DNA of 62,081 nucleotides, filler included, from Sphacelaria rigidula (taxonomy: Eukaryota), in NCBI GenBank assembly GCA_964200075.2. It is 6 parts of 6 records of this genome, joined end to end, with 100 filler letters (N's around TTAATTAATTAA, not from the genome) between each part and the next. Parts side by side here need not be neighbours in the genome. Positions count along the whole stretch, not along the records: positions 31,093 to 41,355 come from CAXNAA020006836.1; positions 41,456 to 51,718 come from CAXNAA020006837.1; 4 more parts are not named here. One strand, given 5' to 3'. Below, in pieces: positions 35,112 to 46,411 of the stretch; the first letter of the stretch is position 1; the number at the start of each line of letters is the position of its first letter. The position numbers were made by a program, and so were the translations under genes. The notes below the pieces were generated by a model. That model searched no databases, had not been told where the DNA came from, and was given only the letters and a program-made list of their open reading frames with translations.

Positions 35112-35466
35112 CCGGTCGCCATGGTGGCTCAGTGGGTAATCTCGTTACCTTCCAACGGTTGAGAAGTGGGGTTCGATTCCCGGAGCAATCTGGGATTTTT
35201 TCTTACACCATGCTTAACAGTGGAGAGCGACCATGTCGTGGGTACACAAAATTCGACTCAACGATCGACGAGGGAAAGGGACTGCTGAATCCCTCCCGCG
35301 ATTAAAAAAAGGGGCAAACATCGCAGAAGAAAGGTGGGGCATTAAAAACAAATAAAAAAGAAAAAGCTCCTGTGTTGACCTTTCTCCTGTGTGACCCCGG
35401 CTGATGTGCCCACATATACCGAAAGGTGTAGACCGGCGTCCAGAATAGATGGGACGACAACACACA
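35112..35466 (+). mobile_element. tRNA-derived SINE, full length
   Basis: A box TGGCTCAGTGG (35125-35135), B box GGTTCGATTCC (35170-35180), ~350-bp length, CA tail; several copies in the window. Confidence 0.88.
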
Positions 35467-35635
35467 TAAGACACAAAACCGTAAAATTTGTTCAGGAAAC
35501 TGCCACCACGGTAAATTTAGCTAAATAATGACAAAACCGAGGCAACCACAGGGAACATACGTTATGTAGGATCATATATGGCATTCATATACCACTCATT
35601 CCTTGAATATGGCCAGATGATGGCACAATCGGTGT

Positions 35636-36011
35636 GTGTTGTGTTGTGTGTGTGTTGTCGTCCCATCTACTCTGGGCGCCAGTCTACACCTTTCGGTATG
35701 TGCGGGCGCATCAGCCCGGGTCACACAGGAGGAAGGTCAACACAGGAGCTTTTTCTTTCTTCTTTTTGCTTTTTTTAATACCCCACCTTCCTTCTGCGGC
35801 GCTTACCTTTATTTTTTATCTCGAGAGGGGTTCAGCAGTCCCTTTCCCTCGTCGACCGTTACGTCGAATTTTGTGTACCCACGACATAGTCGCTCTCCAT
35901 TGTTGGGCACGGTGTGAGAAAAGATCCCAGATCGCTCCGGGAATCGAAACCCACTACTCAACCGTCAGACGGTTACGAAGTTACCAACTGAGCCACCAGG
36001 GCGACCGGTTG
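35636..36011 (-). mobile_element. tRNA-derived SINE, full length, 10-bp TSD
   Basis: Inverted copy with A box TGGCTCAGTTGG. CAATCGGTGT is duplicated at 35626-35635 and 36012-36021. Confidence 0.9.
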
Positions 36012-36895
36012 CAATCGGTGTATCCGCCAAAACCAAACTGCGTGTAAGATAAAATGCCTTCTTCAGATATTGCGCCCACAAGGAACATAGCCTGATGACT
36101 AAATGCCGGCACAGTCGTAATTTGCGTACTCCCTACAGAGTTGTATGTTCGATTCCGACTCTGCCACTCAGCTAAACACGGCCAAATGGTGACAAAACCG
36201 GTACGCGCACTAAGGAGCATGCCAAGTTCAGCACCAGATATGTATACATATACGAAGTATATGTGGAGATACCTTTGCTTTCTAGGGAGCGGCACTGAAT
36301 CTCAGCCTAGCAGGGAAGGTTGGTCTGTTTTCATGTCCTCTCTCTTTTTCTTTCTTTCCTCTCTTTTTGCCGTTAGCAGATGATTGTTATCTCCTCCGTT
36401 CTTTTCCGTTCCTGTCCCTCAAGCTTCGATCAGCAGATACTTGCGTTTATTTTGCCTTGGATACGTCTATCTTGTGACCACGGCTGGAGTATGACGCATG
36501 CTATGGCGGATCAGTTGGGGTACGACAAACACTCAAATCGATTTGCTCAAATTAATCGAATTATAACTCTTTTACACACTGCTTTAATTCTAATTATAGC
36601 CTAGGAATTACAAAGTCGGTGCACTCGCGAAAAGTATACGTCGTATGGGACCATACGCTGCACTCATTTGTACTCCCTGTACAGACTGAAACAAGGCCAG
36701 TGGATACAACACCGGTACACCGCATGAAGTATACCTTGTCTTGACCCATGTTTTGCGTTAAAATACTTCCCCGGCAATATCTGACTGTACCCTAATGATT
36801 AGTTACATCGCCGATTCACAAGCGAGAAGGGGACTTTCTATATGGCAGGCACATACTGTCTATGACTATGCTTCCTGCACGGCCACCTACTGTAC

Positions 36896-39800
36896 CTGAA
36901 GAGCAGCTGCGTCGACGTTGGCGCAAACAAAGCAGCGAAAAATCGCCCTTAGAACTTCTTGTTCGTCCGCGTCCACCCCAGACGTGCAACCAAACGCTCT
37001 GGACGACGCCTCCGTGCCAATCATAGCTCGAAGCTCCGGATACCTCCGAAGGTTATACACTGCATATCATTGAATTAAATCGAACCGAGTTGAAGGATGG
37101 ATGGGTTGACTGGTTCATCAATCGATTGATCGATCTATTGATTGGATGCCTCACATCATCTGGTTCGCACGATCTTGATGTATATCTCCGAAGGTTGTAC
37201 ACCGCGTATGGTTGGATGATTGACTGGCGCCCGATTCTCCGATTGATGGGTTGACCGAATGTGTCACAGTCACAAATCTCCAACGAATATTACCGTTTTT
37301 ACAAGATGCAGACGTAGGCGAAAGTGAATAGACGGGGACGTTCGCCGAACAGAACTTGAAACTACGAAGAAGAATGGTTGCTGTTGATGGGGTAATCGGG
37401 TAAACGGATAATCGGGCGATCGGGTATGATACGAAGCTGAGTATTGACACGTTGTTCTTTTGAGGGAATAGCGCTGAAACCAAATTGCGAAAGTTGCATC
37501 GCGGGCAAGATTATATAATAGAAAAGTTGTGACGCGACTCTCGTCCAGGAGGCAAAAAGTTCACCCATTGAAGCCGTGAGCGCTCATTTGTTCAATGGGC
37601 AAACGTTTCGCTTCCTTGACAAAATATATGCGATTCAAATCTCGGCTGTTCGCTTCCTCGACAACTATTTCCCCTTGGAAAGACAAGTGCTAACTTTTTG
37701 TAAGTGATACCTAATGTATCAGAGCACGTTGGCCAGCACCGGAGCACACAATACCAGTACTAGTGTGCGTACTACCGCAATTTGTTACAGTTTGTATTTA
37801 CGAGAAAATACATTCACGACAGCTTTGTCGACCCGGCGTTGATTCGGAGTTGAGGAAAAGACGACATCGACAAAGGGACACGAAACCCGGAGTTGGAATA
37901 TGACAGCATCGAGTAATGAATAACAAGGTCGATGTTGGAAAACGACAATATCGAATAAGGAAGACGAAATCTTCTGTTGGAAAATTGACTATTACTGCAA
38001 ATGAAGCGCGAATTGTAGCGGTGAAAAATGATAGTAACAAAGAAGAAACACGGGAATATATTTTGGACCGCAACAATATCGGAGGACACAACCTCCCAGA
38101 ACAAATGCTGTAATGCATCCAAGATTGTATACACAAAAATATTGACCAGACATGCGGGGCTCGCGTCCATAGCAACAGATCAAACCCCTCATTGATGAGA
38201 GAAGAAAGGTGTTCCCCGTACTACAGTTGTTGGTGTATTGCACGTGCATAGCATAAGCCTGCTTTGTACCCCATTCCTTACCACACCGAGACACAACCAC
38301 ATGATAGGCGCCGCAGATTGCACGAATAGCGGGTCTGAGCCCCCTCTTGCCTGAGCTATGGCTATGGAATGGAAGTGTTTCGTAACGACATTCCACATAC
38401 CAACGTAACACAGCGATTTCGCTCTTTGGCATGCAGCACACGTCAGGGTCCGCTCTCGAGAGAGCACCAACCCCGCTTGACGAATGATTCGTTGCAGAGC
38501 AGTCGCTCGGGAATCTCGAGATCATTTAACCGTTGAGCATGCATATCGCGATGGCAGCTAAGGCAGGTTCTGAAGTATATGCCTTGGCTACTTTGCACCC
38601 GTAGTTGTGCCACATGCCTTTCTACGTATGTCAGAAGTGCATACACCCCCTGTGTCGAAAGGCACTGATACCTAGGGTACGCCGTGGCTACGGTCTTCAA
38701 CTTGCGTCATTCCCCCTCCCTCCTTCCCTCCCCGCCGTGCTCCGTCGCGAAACGAATACATGATCAACGATCAAATGACTAAAAGGCGAGAAACAAATGA
38801 GTACGCCCCCCCCTGCCCCTCGTCACCATCCGGGCGTTCTTCACGTATCGCTGACCCAAATCCGTCGATCGCCTATCGTCAGATACTACAGTACATGTGT
38901 ATAGAATTATCGGGATATGGTCCGAGCGTGTGTGCATATCCCGATAATCCATTTATCTCGTATATGGTAACAACTAGTGAAATGTTCGTCCCGGCCCCCA
39001 ATGCACTGATTCCACCGGGGTACACCAAAGAGCTAAATGTTTGTCCCAGACCTTCGAGGTCTCGATTTGTGGAAAGGTTATGAGAAGTAGACGTATTCTG
39101 GGCAAACATTTGTTACCCAGGCCGGATCTCTCGGAAATCAGCAAAAATATAACAATCAATATATGAATCAAGCAAACAAGCACGCCGTGAAGCTCGCACA
39201 AAAGGCTGTATTCCTGTTGTTGCAAATATCGTGTTGCTCGCCCACAATAAACGTTCTCAGTATGTTTTCGTATTGTCCATTCACCCATCGTTTGTCGTGA
39301 ACACACATCCGCATATTTCAACACATAATCTTCCACACTTGTCCGGTGACTTGGGCCCGTGAATTTTGAGCCCATCATTGACAGCATCAAGGAGTTTTGC
39401 GCATCAAGCCTCAATCTACAACGCATACACCTGAAACCCCAGCAAAAAAAGACGCGTCGGTATTGAAAATCAACTCGAAAACATTGTTCAAAAACGCACA
39501 TGAAGCGTCAAAAGGATGAGAAGAAGAGGCAAGCCGTAGCACGGATACCAGCTGAAGTGCTATCTATCGTGCACACACACGGTACCTATCTCTTGGAAGG
39601 GGCGAAACCCGCACAGGCCCTCGAAGTCCGAAAGCGCTACGGCCATTTCAGGCTTGTGATTGTCATCTTTGTACAAATCCGGCCTCGTCGCGTACAGTCT
39701 CTCTGCCAGCTTTTTGTCGGGGTGTGCCTGTCAGTCCACCATCACGGAAAAAGACGAAAGTCGGGACGAGTGAAAAAACGTCAGCGCAAAAGTAGCTTCA

Positions 39801-40775
39801 GGAAGCGCCACTATATGAGGATACTTCCGACATACAGGACGACTCTACGATAGTAAATGAAGCAACGAGATGTGACAGCGTTTCGGTTGTGCGCTTATTC
39901 ACGGGCTCTTGTTTGAAACCGCCTCAGGGTTCTATTGTGATGTTTGTGCGTGCTTTGCAGCGACATGCATCAAAGGTCTACTATGGTACTGAACAAGCAC
40001 TGTGTGGCTTCCGTCTTCAGCGCTGTTTGTGTGCGAGTGAGCTTGTGTCGATTTGTCCAGTGCAAATTATAGTTCCGTTCGATGAACGCTGGATGCATGG
40101 TTGATAGAGGCAGCGGTTTGACTATGAATCGGTTATACTGTCAGACAACCAATCCATTGATTAGTCGACTAACTAGCCAATATCTTCAATCGGATTGCCT
40201 AGAACCTTGTTGTTGATAGAGGCAAAACCTGGTATATGAATAACCACAACACCAGATGATCAATCAACCAACCCAACAATCAATCAGCTGTCCTTCTGAA
40301 TACTTGGAACCATGTTGGCAGAGGCAAAACACCTTGAATGAAAATCGATTACAAATGCCAGACAAAACACACGAATCGGGCATTCCATCTGCATGCTGAA
40401 GGCCTCATTGATACATGCAGCGCCTTGGATATGACCCCGTCTCAGCGTCAGACAAACAATCGAATTGAATCATCAATGGATGAATAACGGTCCAGCTGGA
40501 TTTCCACAGACCTTCTGAAAGAGAAAGTACATAAAGATTTGAATCACCCACAACGGCAGACATCCAAGGGATCGATCAACCAACCACCCAATCTGTCAAC
40601 CAATCGACTATCGATTCATCGATAATTCACCTGAATGCTGAGAGCCTTGTTGATAGAGAGGACTTTAAACATAAATGGCAGGTCTCCGATATCCTCCTGC
40701 TCCCCAAGGTAGTGAGGATACGTCTCCAAGAGCTCGATCAAGAACATCCCGGGGGAGTCGGAGAGGTCCGCACGT
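36896..40775 (-). CDS. MPI: Mannose-6-phosphate isomerase (type I PMI), three internal exons, partial
   Basis: Exons 40775-40631 (...[19 protein letters not shown]), 39727-39586 ([47 protein letters not shown]) and 37059-36896 ([15 protein letters not shown]...AAALQ). Introns are GT-AG and phases are compatible. The SIQAHP and NHKPE zinc-ligand motifs are present. Confidence 0.93.
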
Positions 40776-41355
40776 CTATGGACAGTAAGGTATATTGGGC
40801 AAGAAAGCGCCGGTTCCTCCGTGACCGGCATCAATGGTCACACACGAGCAAAGTACCGTAGCCGCTCCGTTCGAAAGTTGTTATCGCACTAACATTCAAG
40901 ATCACTGTTATCGCATGCAACCCATCATTTTTCACACCCGACTTGACAGACATGCACCACACAGCGTGTTCAATTTCGATTTGATCCGTTTGCGGTGAAA
41001 AGTGTTCAACTCTCGTACGTAATCGGTGGGAACGGTTCCATTCAAATTTGGCATCGAGAGAGTGCCAGAGGGGCCGTGAAGACTGCTGGAAAAACGAGAA
41101 TAAATGAGCAAAAGTTGCCAGTTCCCTAAACGATCATTACTGTGGTGCAAGCAATGTCACCGGCTCAAATCACCCCGCCCCCCCCCGAACCATCAGCGCC
41201 AAGTCAAGCGGGAGTTAATACCCAAGTATTGTTCAAGACCCCACTGCTGTTCATATGTCCACATGGGGGGGGGGGGGGGGGGGACCTCTTTTTTTGTTTC
41301 CTTAGTTATTTGGCCAATTACCCACGAACCCCTTCAGGCAGGGACCAAAGGGGGG

Positions 41356-41455
41356 NNNNNNNNNNNNNNNNNNNNNNNNNNNNNNNNNNNNNNNNNNNNT
41401 TAATTAATTAANNNNNNNNNNNNNNNNNNNNNNNNNNNNNNNNNNNNNNNNNNNN
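41356..41455. other. Artificial contig linker
   Basis: N44-TTAATTAATTAA-N44. Confidence 0.98.
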
Positions 41456-42410
41456 GTTCAAATATTTTGTGATGTTTATGCATCCCTCTTGTATTGTACC
41501 TCTAGCACAACTCGTAATCCTCCTCAATGCAACAACGCCCCCCCCCCTCATTCCCCCCCCCCGCGCTCACGGTCACGTTGACAGACGATTGGAAAGGAAT
41601 ATTTTCCACTGTCGACCGGAATCAAATGGGGACCATGACACCCTTGGACGAGAACAAGCGACGCAGGTTGGTTGGAGAATGCTTATTGCGATCCACTACA
41701 GTCGTACAGAATGATTGATTGTTGCACATTGGCTTATCTTCGAGGGACGCATTCTTAAAACTCACTCGTCCTACTTTGCTGGTGTATGACCCTATTCCTC
41801 CTCCCCATTCCCAGGGAAGAAATTAAATCATCCCCTCCCCAGACATCATCAGCGGAAAAGGGGTATTTCCCAATGTATTGGCCCTCTGCGACGAGACAAG
41901 AATGAAACTGACCATGTGATATGTAACGCTACTCAGCCTACATCCTACCCCAAGTAGTGATGCCCCCTCCCTGATCTTGAAGGAACAACATCCCGAGGAC
42001 GAGATCGTCCCATCCCCTCCCCATTGGCGCTCGAGGGTTGTCATCTACTATCATGGTATCTAACACGCGATTAGTTATGCCGCCTAAGACGTGGGAGGCG
42101 TTGTTAGCAGGTATTCACCCTAAAATACTCCCTCCCGCTGCCCTCTTTCCCGGAGATGGATTCAACGCGTCTTCTTCCCAAACATCGTCACCGGGAAGGG
42201 GTGTCTTCTTGGACGCATTTCAGCCATTCGCGGGTAGACTACACGATGCCTCTGGGCACGTGAGAGGTATCACCAAAACGTCGACACCGTACACCATGTA
42301 TCTTCAGGAAACTTACGGAAAAGCCTTTCGCATGTGACATATAGGCTGGTTCACGTTTATCACCCAAAAAACACTCATGGGCGAAACACCACGTCGTTTT
42401 AAGGAGTTGA

Positions 42411-42883
42411 GCTACTTCTCATGTATCAAAAAATGAATCTAGGTGAAAAGTGCATTTTTGACCCTTTTCCGTCGTTTTTCCCCGAAAAGAGGGCTAGGCG
42501 GATGTGGACACCTTCGAATGACTTGCTCTACTCGCTGAGACGGTTTCAGAGCACCTCTGCGTTTCCCGTAGGTCACAGTTTCACAGTTTCGTTCTTGGCC
42601 AAAATTGCATTTTCAATGAAGCGGCCAAGTTATAAAAAAACAGGGTGAAAACTGACGGTTTTTTGGTAACTTGACCGTTCGTTATTGAAAATGCAAGTTC
42701 GACCAAGAACGAAACCGTGACCTACGGAAAACGCAGAGGTGCTCTGGAACGTCCTCGGCGAGTAGAGCAAGTTATTCCGAGGTGTCAACATCCGCCTAGC
42801 CCTCTTTTCGGGGGAAAAACGACCGAGAAGAGCCAAAAATGCACTTTTCAACAAGATTCATTTTTTGATACATAAGGAGTAGC
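42411..42883. mobile_element. Foldback/palindromic element (~230-bp arms, ~15-bp loop)
   Basis: ATGTATCAAAAAATGAATC pairs with GATTCATTTTTTGATACAT. CCCCGAAAAGAGGGCTAGGCGGATG pairs with CATCCGCCTAGCCCTCTTTTCGGGG. Confidence 0.87.
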
Positions 42884-43038
42884 CTTAGACCCTGAAAATT
42901 TGCACGAATGTTCTATGGGTAATTACGCAACTTTCGAAGGTCGAGGTTTTTTTTACTTTTTGAAAATTTTAACCGTTTTCCGAGGATACCAGTTTTGGAG
43001 GGGAACCTCGACCCAATCGAACCCCCGTAAAAACAATT

Positions 43039-43592
43039 AAGAAAAAAACTCGCTTATCCTAAGTTTTGCCATGACCCAAAGCACAGTTGTACAAAAATTC
43101 AGGGTCCAACTCATTGAAACGGCGTGAGGGTTTTCGCTTTTGTGAGATGAAAAAATAATATCGTAGGGCTGTGTTTCTGAGGTCCCAGAATGGAGAATAT
43201 TTCGAAAATCGGGTAGGCACCGTCGCTCGGCGTAGTGACTCCCGTAAAATGGTTAAAAAAAAAAAAACTCGTTCATCCAAAGTTGCGTCATGACCCAAAG
43301 CATAGTTGTGCACAATTTCAGGGTCTAACTTATTCACACGGCGTGAGGTTTTTCGCTTTTGTGCGATGAACGTTGCCGTACCGCGGTGAAACCGCAAACT
43401 ACTTGATTTCAGTAAAGAAAACGGCGTTTTTGGGCCTTCTTTAACGTGAACACGGGAATTCAAGCATCAGTTTATCGAGTTTTGCGACGAAAATTTGTGG
43501 GGTCCATCCTTGGGCCATGTGGAGGCAGATAGTTCGCGAAAAAATGAAGAAAAAATATCGTAGGGCTGTTTTTCTGGGGTCCCAGGATGCAG
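43039..43592 (+). repeat. Interleaved direct repeats (~110 bp at 43039/43258; ~45 bp at 43151/43550)
   Basis: CATGACCCAAAGCA(C/T)AGTTGT...TTTTCGCTTTTGTG occurs twice, and AATATCGTAGGGCTGT..GGTCCCAG occurs twice. Confidence 0.75.
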
Positions 43593-44288
43593 ACTACCTC
43601 CAACATAAATTAGTTACGCTTCCTTGAGCTAACACGGCTGTCGTTAATCCATGGAAGCTCTTTCTCAACGACTTATGGTAGGAGACTTCGTAGGGCAGCA
43701 TCACGTACGTTCGTTCTGCCCCCCTTCCCCCCGTAAAAAGGAGAATCGTGCCTTTCCTGCGGTCACACGGCGGAGGGCTGTACCTCCATATCGACCTCCG
43801 TTCGGCATAAACTGCCAAAAAACGTGAAACGTCATGACCGTTGGGCGGACGAATTGTTATTTATTAATGTATCATCGTTTCCGTACATTATTCGGATATC
43901 TCGAACCCGTGGTCACAAACGTAAGCTCGTCTTTCCGGTACCGCCCCTGCTATTCCTTACAAGACATATGGTTCTCATCGTATATCTGCAGACTCGACAC
44001 AAGAGAAAACAACACAACACAACATATTAATGCGAAGAGATACGCCAAAAAAACAGAAGGGAACTACAGTAGCTTTCCGCGAGTGTATCGGGTGAAAAAA
44101 AAAAACAGACCTGCTACCAAAGCGTACAGAACAAAAAAAAGAGGGGAAGAAACAAGAGAAAAGAGGACAAGCTACAAGTGCAACAAAACACCACACTTCA
44201 CGCCCCCCAAAACACAATAGTGCAACTCACAGGATGTAGAATTTGTAAGCCCTTGCGCACGTCACCTCCACAGACAGCGTCCATCTAA

Positions 44289-45692
44289 TTAATTGTTCTG
44301 GATAAATGTAACTTCTATGTCCACGATATTTCGGTGCGCCTTGCACAATGCCACCATCTCCTCAATGAGCTTGAATCCCTCTGCCCCACCGTACTTTCGC
44401 TTCAACTCCTCTAAGTCAGTACCGCCAAGTAATGCGTAGGTACGGCGGTATTCCCTCGTACGCCGCGCAAACCTTCGAATCCGGCCTAGGGTGAGAATCG
44501 TCTCCGTGTTCAAGGCCTTCAGCATGTTATCTTTCAAATTCTCAGGCTCCTCGTCGTTCATCCTACGCCAAAACTCAAGCTTCCCCCTTCCCCAGGAGTA
44601 CTCGATAGATACCCCTCCCAACTCCGGGTGGCATTTCGGTGACATAATCAGTATATGCCCGCGACTCTCGAATGCGTACTGCAGCGCAGTCCTCTCCTCT
44701 TTGAAATCTGAGCAGTCTCCCAGCACGGTAAAGATGTTCTTGCCACTTATAGGGTCCGCTGAACCCGTCATGCTATCTTCCCATAACCCCCTCTCCCACA
44801 GCATCTGGCGAATTCCCTTCGGCTTGCCCTCGTATCCGATGATGGGTTCATCCAGCGTTTTGGGCGTTTTCCTTCCGCCCTTGGCCGCAGCACACACTCG
44901 TACTTCACGGCCTTTCTTTGCACTCTTCGCCGGTGCCGTGGGATCATAAAACGGCGGAGCGTCTCCAAACTGGAAGGTGGCGTGCTGCATGTCGCCCAGT
45001 TTCAGCTTGCAATCCACTTCCTTTCCCTTCCACGTCATGGTCGCCGGCTTCAGCCCCAAGCAGCCTGCCGTCACCGTTGTACTGCGCATACTCGACCCCT
45101 TTGCTCCGCCCCACTTGACGTTCATGTTGCCGACGTGCAAGCCATCCTCCCGATACTTGGCATGCCCGCTAGGGTGATCCACCTCCATCACCAGCTGCCA
45201 GTCTGGGTACAACACCTCGAAGCAGTCCATTATGTCAACGCACTGCTCCGCAAACATGCCGTACTTCCAATAGTACTCCTTGTTATTCCCGTACTTCAAA
45301 AACCTTGTCCCTGAGGTCTGCTTGAGGGTACCGCGGCCCTGGGTTGAGCGGAAAGCGTTCACACGCGCCAGTTCGTCCCCCGTCATCTCAAATCCAAACC
45401 CCCGAATCTCATCCTGAAAGGCCGAGACCATGATCCCGGGACCTTCTGTTTTCTTCCTTATCCCACGCACACCGGCGATTTCCCACTCCTTCCCCTCTCC
45501 GAGATACGCTTTAAATATGCACTCATCCTGCCCCATATGCCACGGAGGCAAATAGCATTTGCATACGCCCTTGTGGTGCGCACGACACGGACTTTCCGCC
45601 TCCGCCCTGAAACGTACGCTGAAGTTTCCGCCGTTCTCCGATTTTGCACGCACAATATCGAACGCACTGTCGGCATCCAATACTCTACTCAA
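44289..45692 (-). CDS. IS630/Tc1/mariner-like DDE transposase catalytic region, N-terminally truncated
   Basis: 467-codon open frame with GQDE (D1), KKTEGPGIMVSAF, MEVDHPSGH (D2), PKGIRQMLWERGL and GHILIMSPKCHPELGGVSIEYSW (E; compare the PxYSPDLNPIExxW consensus). The first codons come from the adjacent repeat. Confidence 0.82.
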   Translation of the reverse strand: MSRVLDADSAFDIVRAKSENGGNFSVRFRAEAESPCRAHHKGVCKCYLPPWHMGQDECIFKAYLGEGKEWEIAGVRGIRKKTEGPGIMVSAFQDEIRGFGFEMTGDELARVNAFRSTQGRGTLKQTSGTRFLKYGNNKEYYWKYGMFAEQCVDIMDCFEVLYPDWQLVMEVDHPSGHAKYREDGLHVGNMNVKWGGAKGSSMRSTTVTAGCLGLKPATMTWKGKEVDCKLKLGDMQHATFQFGDAPPFYDPTAPAKSAKKGREVRVCAAAKGGRKTPKTLDEPIIGYEGKPKGIRQMLWERGLWEDSMTGSADPISGKNIFTVLGDCSDFKEERTALQYAFESRGHILIMSPKCHPELGGVSIEYSWGRGKLEFWRRMNDEEPENLKDNMLKALNTETILTLGRIRRFARRTREYRRTYALLGGTDLEELKRKYGGAEGFKLIEEMVALCKAHRNIVDIEVTFIQNN

Positions 45693-46411
45693 ATTTTGAG
45701 TAGGCCGAGTACGGGGTCAAATACTGTACTCGAATTTTGAGTAGGTCGAGTACGACCTCAAATACTCTACTCAAATATTGAGTAAGTACTCTCAATAATG
45801 CTTGAGTATAGAGTATCGCTTGAGTATGACCTCAATATTGTACTCAAATTTTGAGTAGGTTGAATATGATCTCAAATACTTTGCCCAAATTTTGAGTACG
45901 TGGAGTACGGCCTCCAGTACTCTACTCGAATTTTGAGTAGATCGCGTACGACCTCAAATACTTCAAGGGTAGGTCGAGTAGAGTATACTCAATTGCGGGG
46001 TATTTTGAAAGCCATACTTGGAGTACACGAATTGGGGGTAGGGTTCCAGGGATCGCTTTCCAGCTATATGTTTGATACGACTCCCAACACTCTATCCTCA
46101 TTTGAGTACCCCATGCACGTCTTCCAAAATCCCCCGCAATTGAGTATACTCAACTCGACCTGCCCTCGAGATATTTCACTCAAATATTGAGTAAGTACTC
46201 TCAGTAATACTTGAGTATAGTAGTATCACTTGAGTATGACCTCAATACTCTACTCAAATTCCGACTAGACTGAGTATGATCTCAAATACTGTACTCGAAT
46301 AATTGAGTAGGTTGAGTACGACCTCAAATACTCTACGCAAACATCGAGTACTAAAAGTGTGACTCTTCAAAAATACTGAGTGTTGAGTATACTCTACTCG
46401 ACCTACCCCTG
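45677..46411. mobile_element. One end of a hAT-like TIR element with a ~41-bp subterminal tandem array
   Basis: The unit CTCAAATACTCTACTCAAATTTTGAGTAGGTCGAGTACGAC is repeated. The terminus TTGAGTATACTCTACTCGACCTACCCCTG ends at 46411 (reverse CAGGGG...). Confidence 0.7.
45964..46168. mobile_element. Nested 205-bp MITE sharing the same TIR
   Basis: CAAGGGTAGGTCGAGTAGAGTATACTCAATTGCGGGG pairs with CCCCGCAATTGAGTATACTCAACTCGACCTGCCCTCG. Flanks AAATACTT/AGATATTT match at 6/8, consistent with a decayed 8-bp TSD. Confidence 0.78.

Noticed and set aside
35112-35190. tRNA gene
   Set aside because: A/B boxes are present but there is no clean cloverleaf, and it continues into a multi-copy SINE body.
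43594-44220. Fanzor/TnpB cargo downstream of the transposase
   Set aside because: No RuvC or zinc-finger motifs; ORFs are short or A-rich low complexity.
45677-46411. CRISPR-like palindromic repeats beside a nuclease-fold ORF
   Set aside because: No unique spacers; the repeats derive from a TIR element that truncates the transposase.
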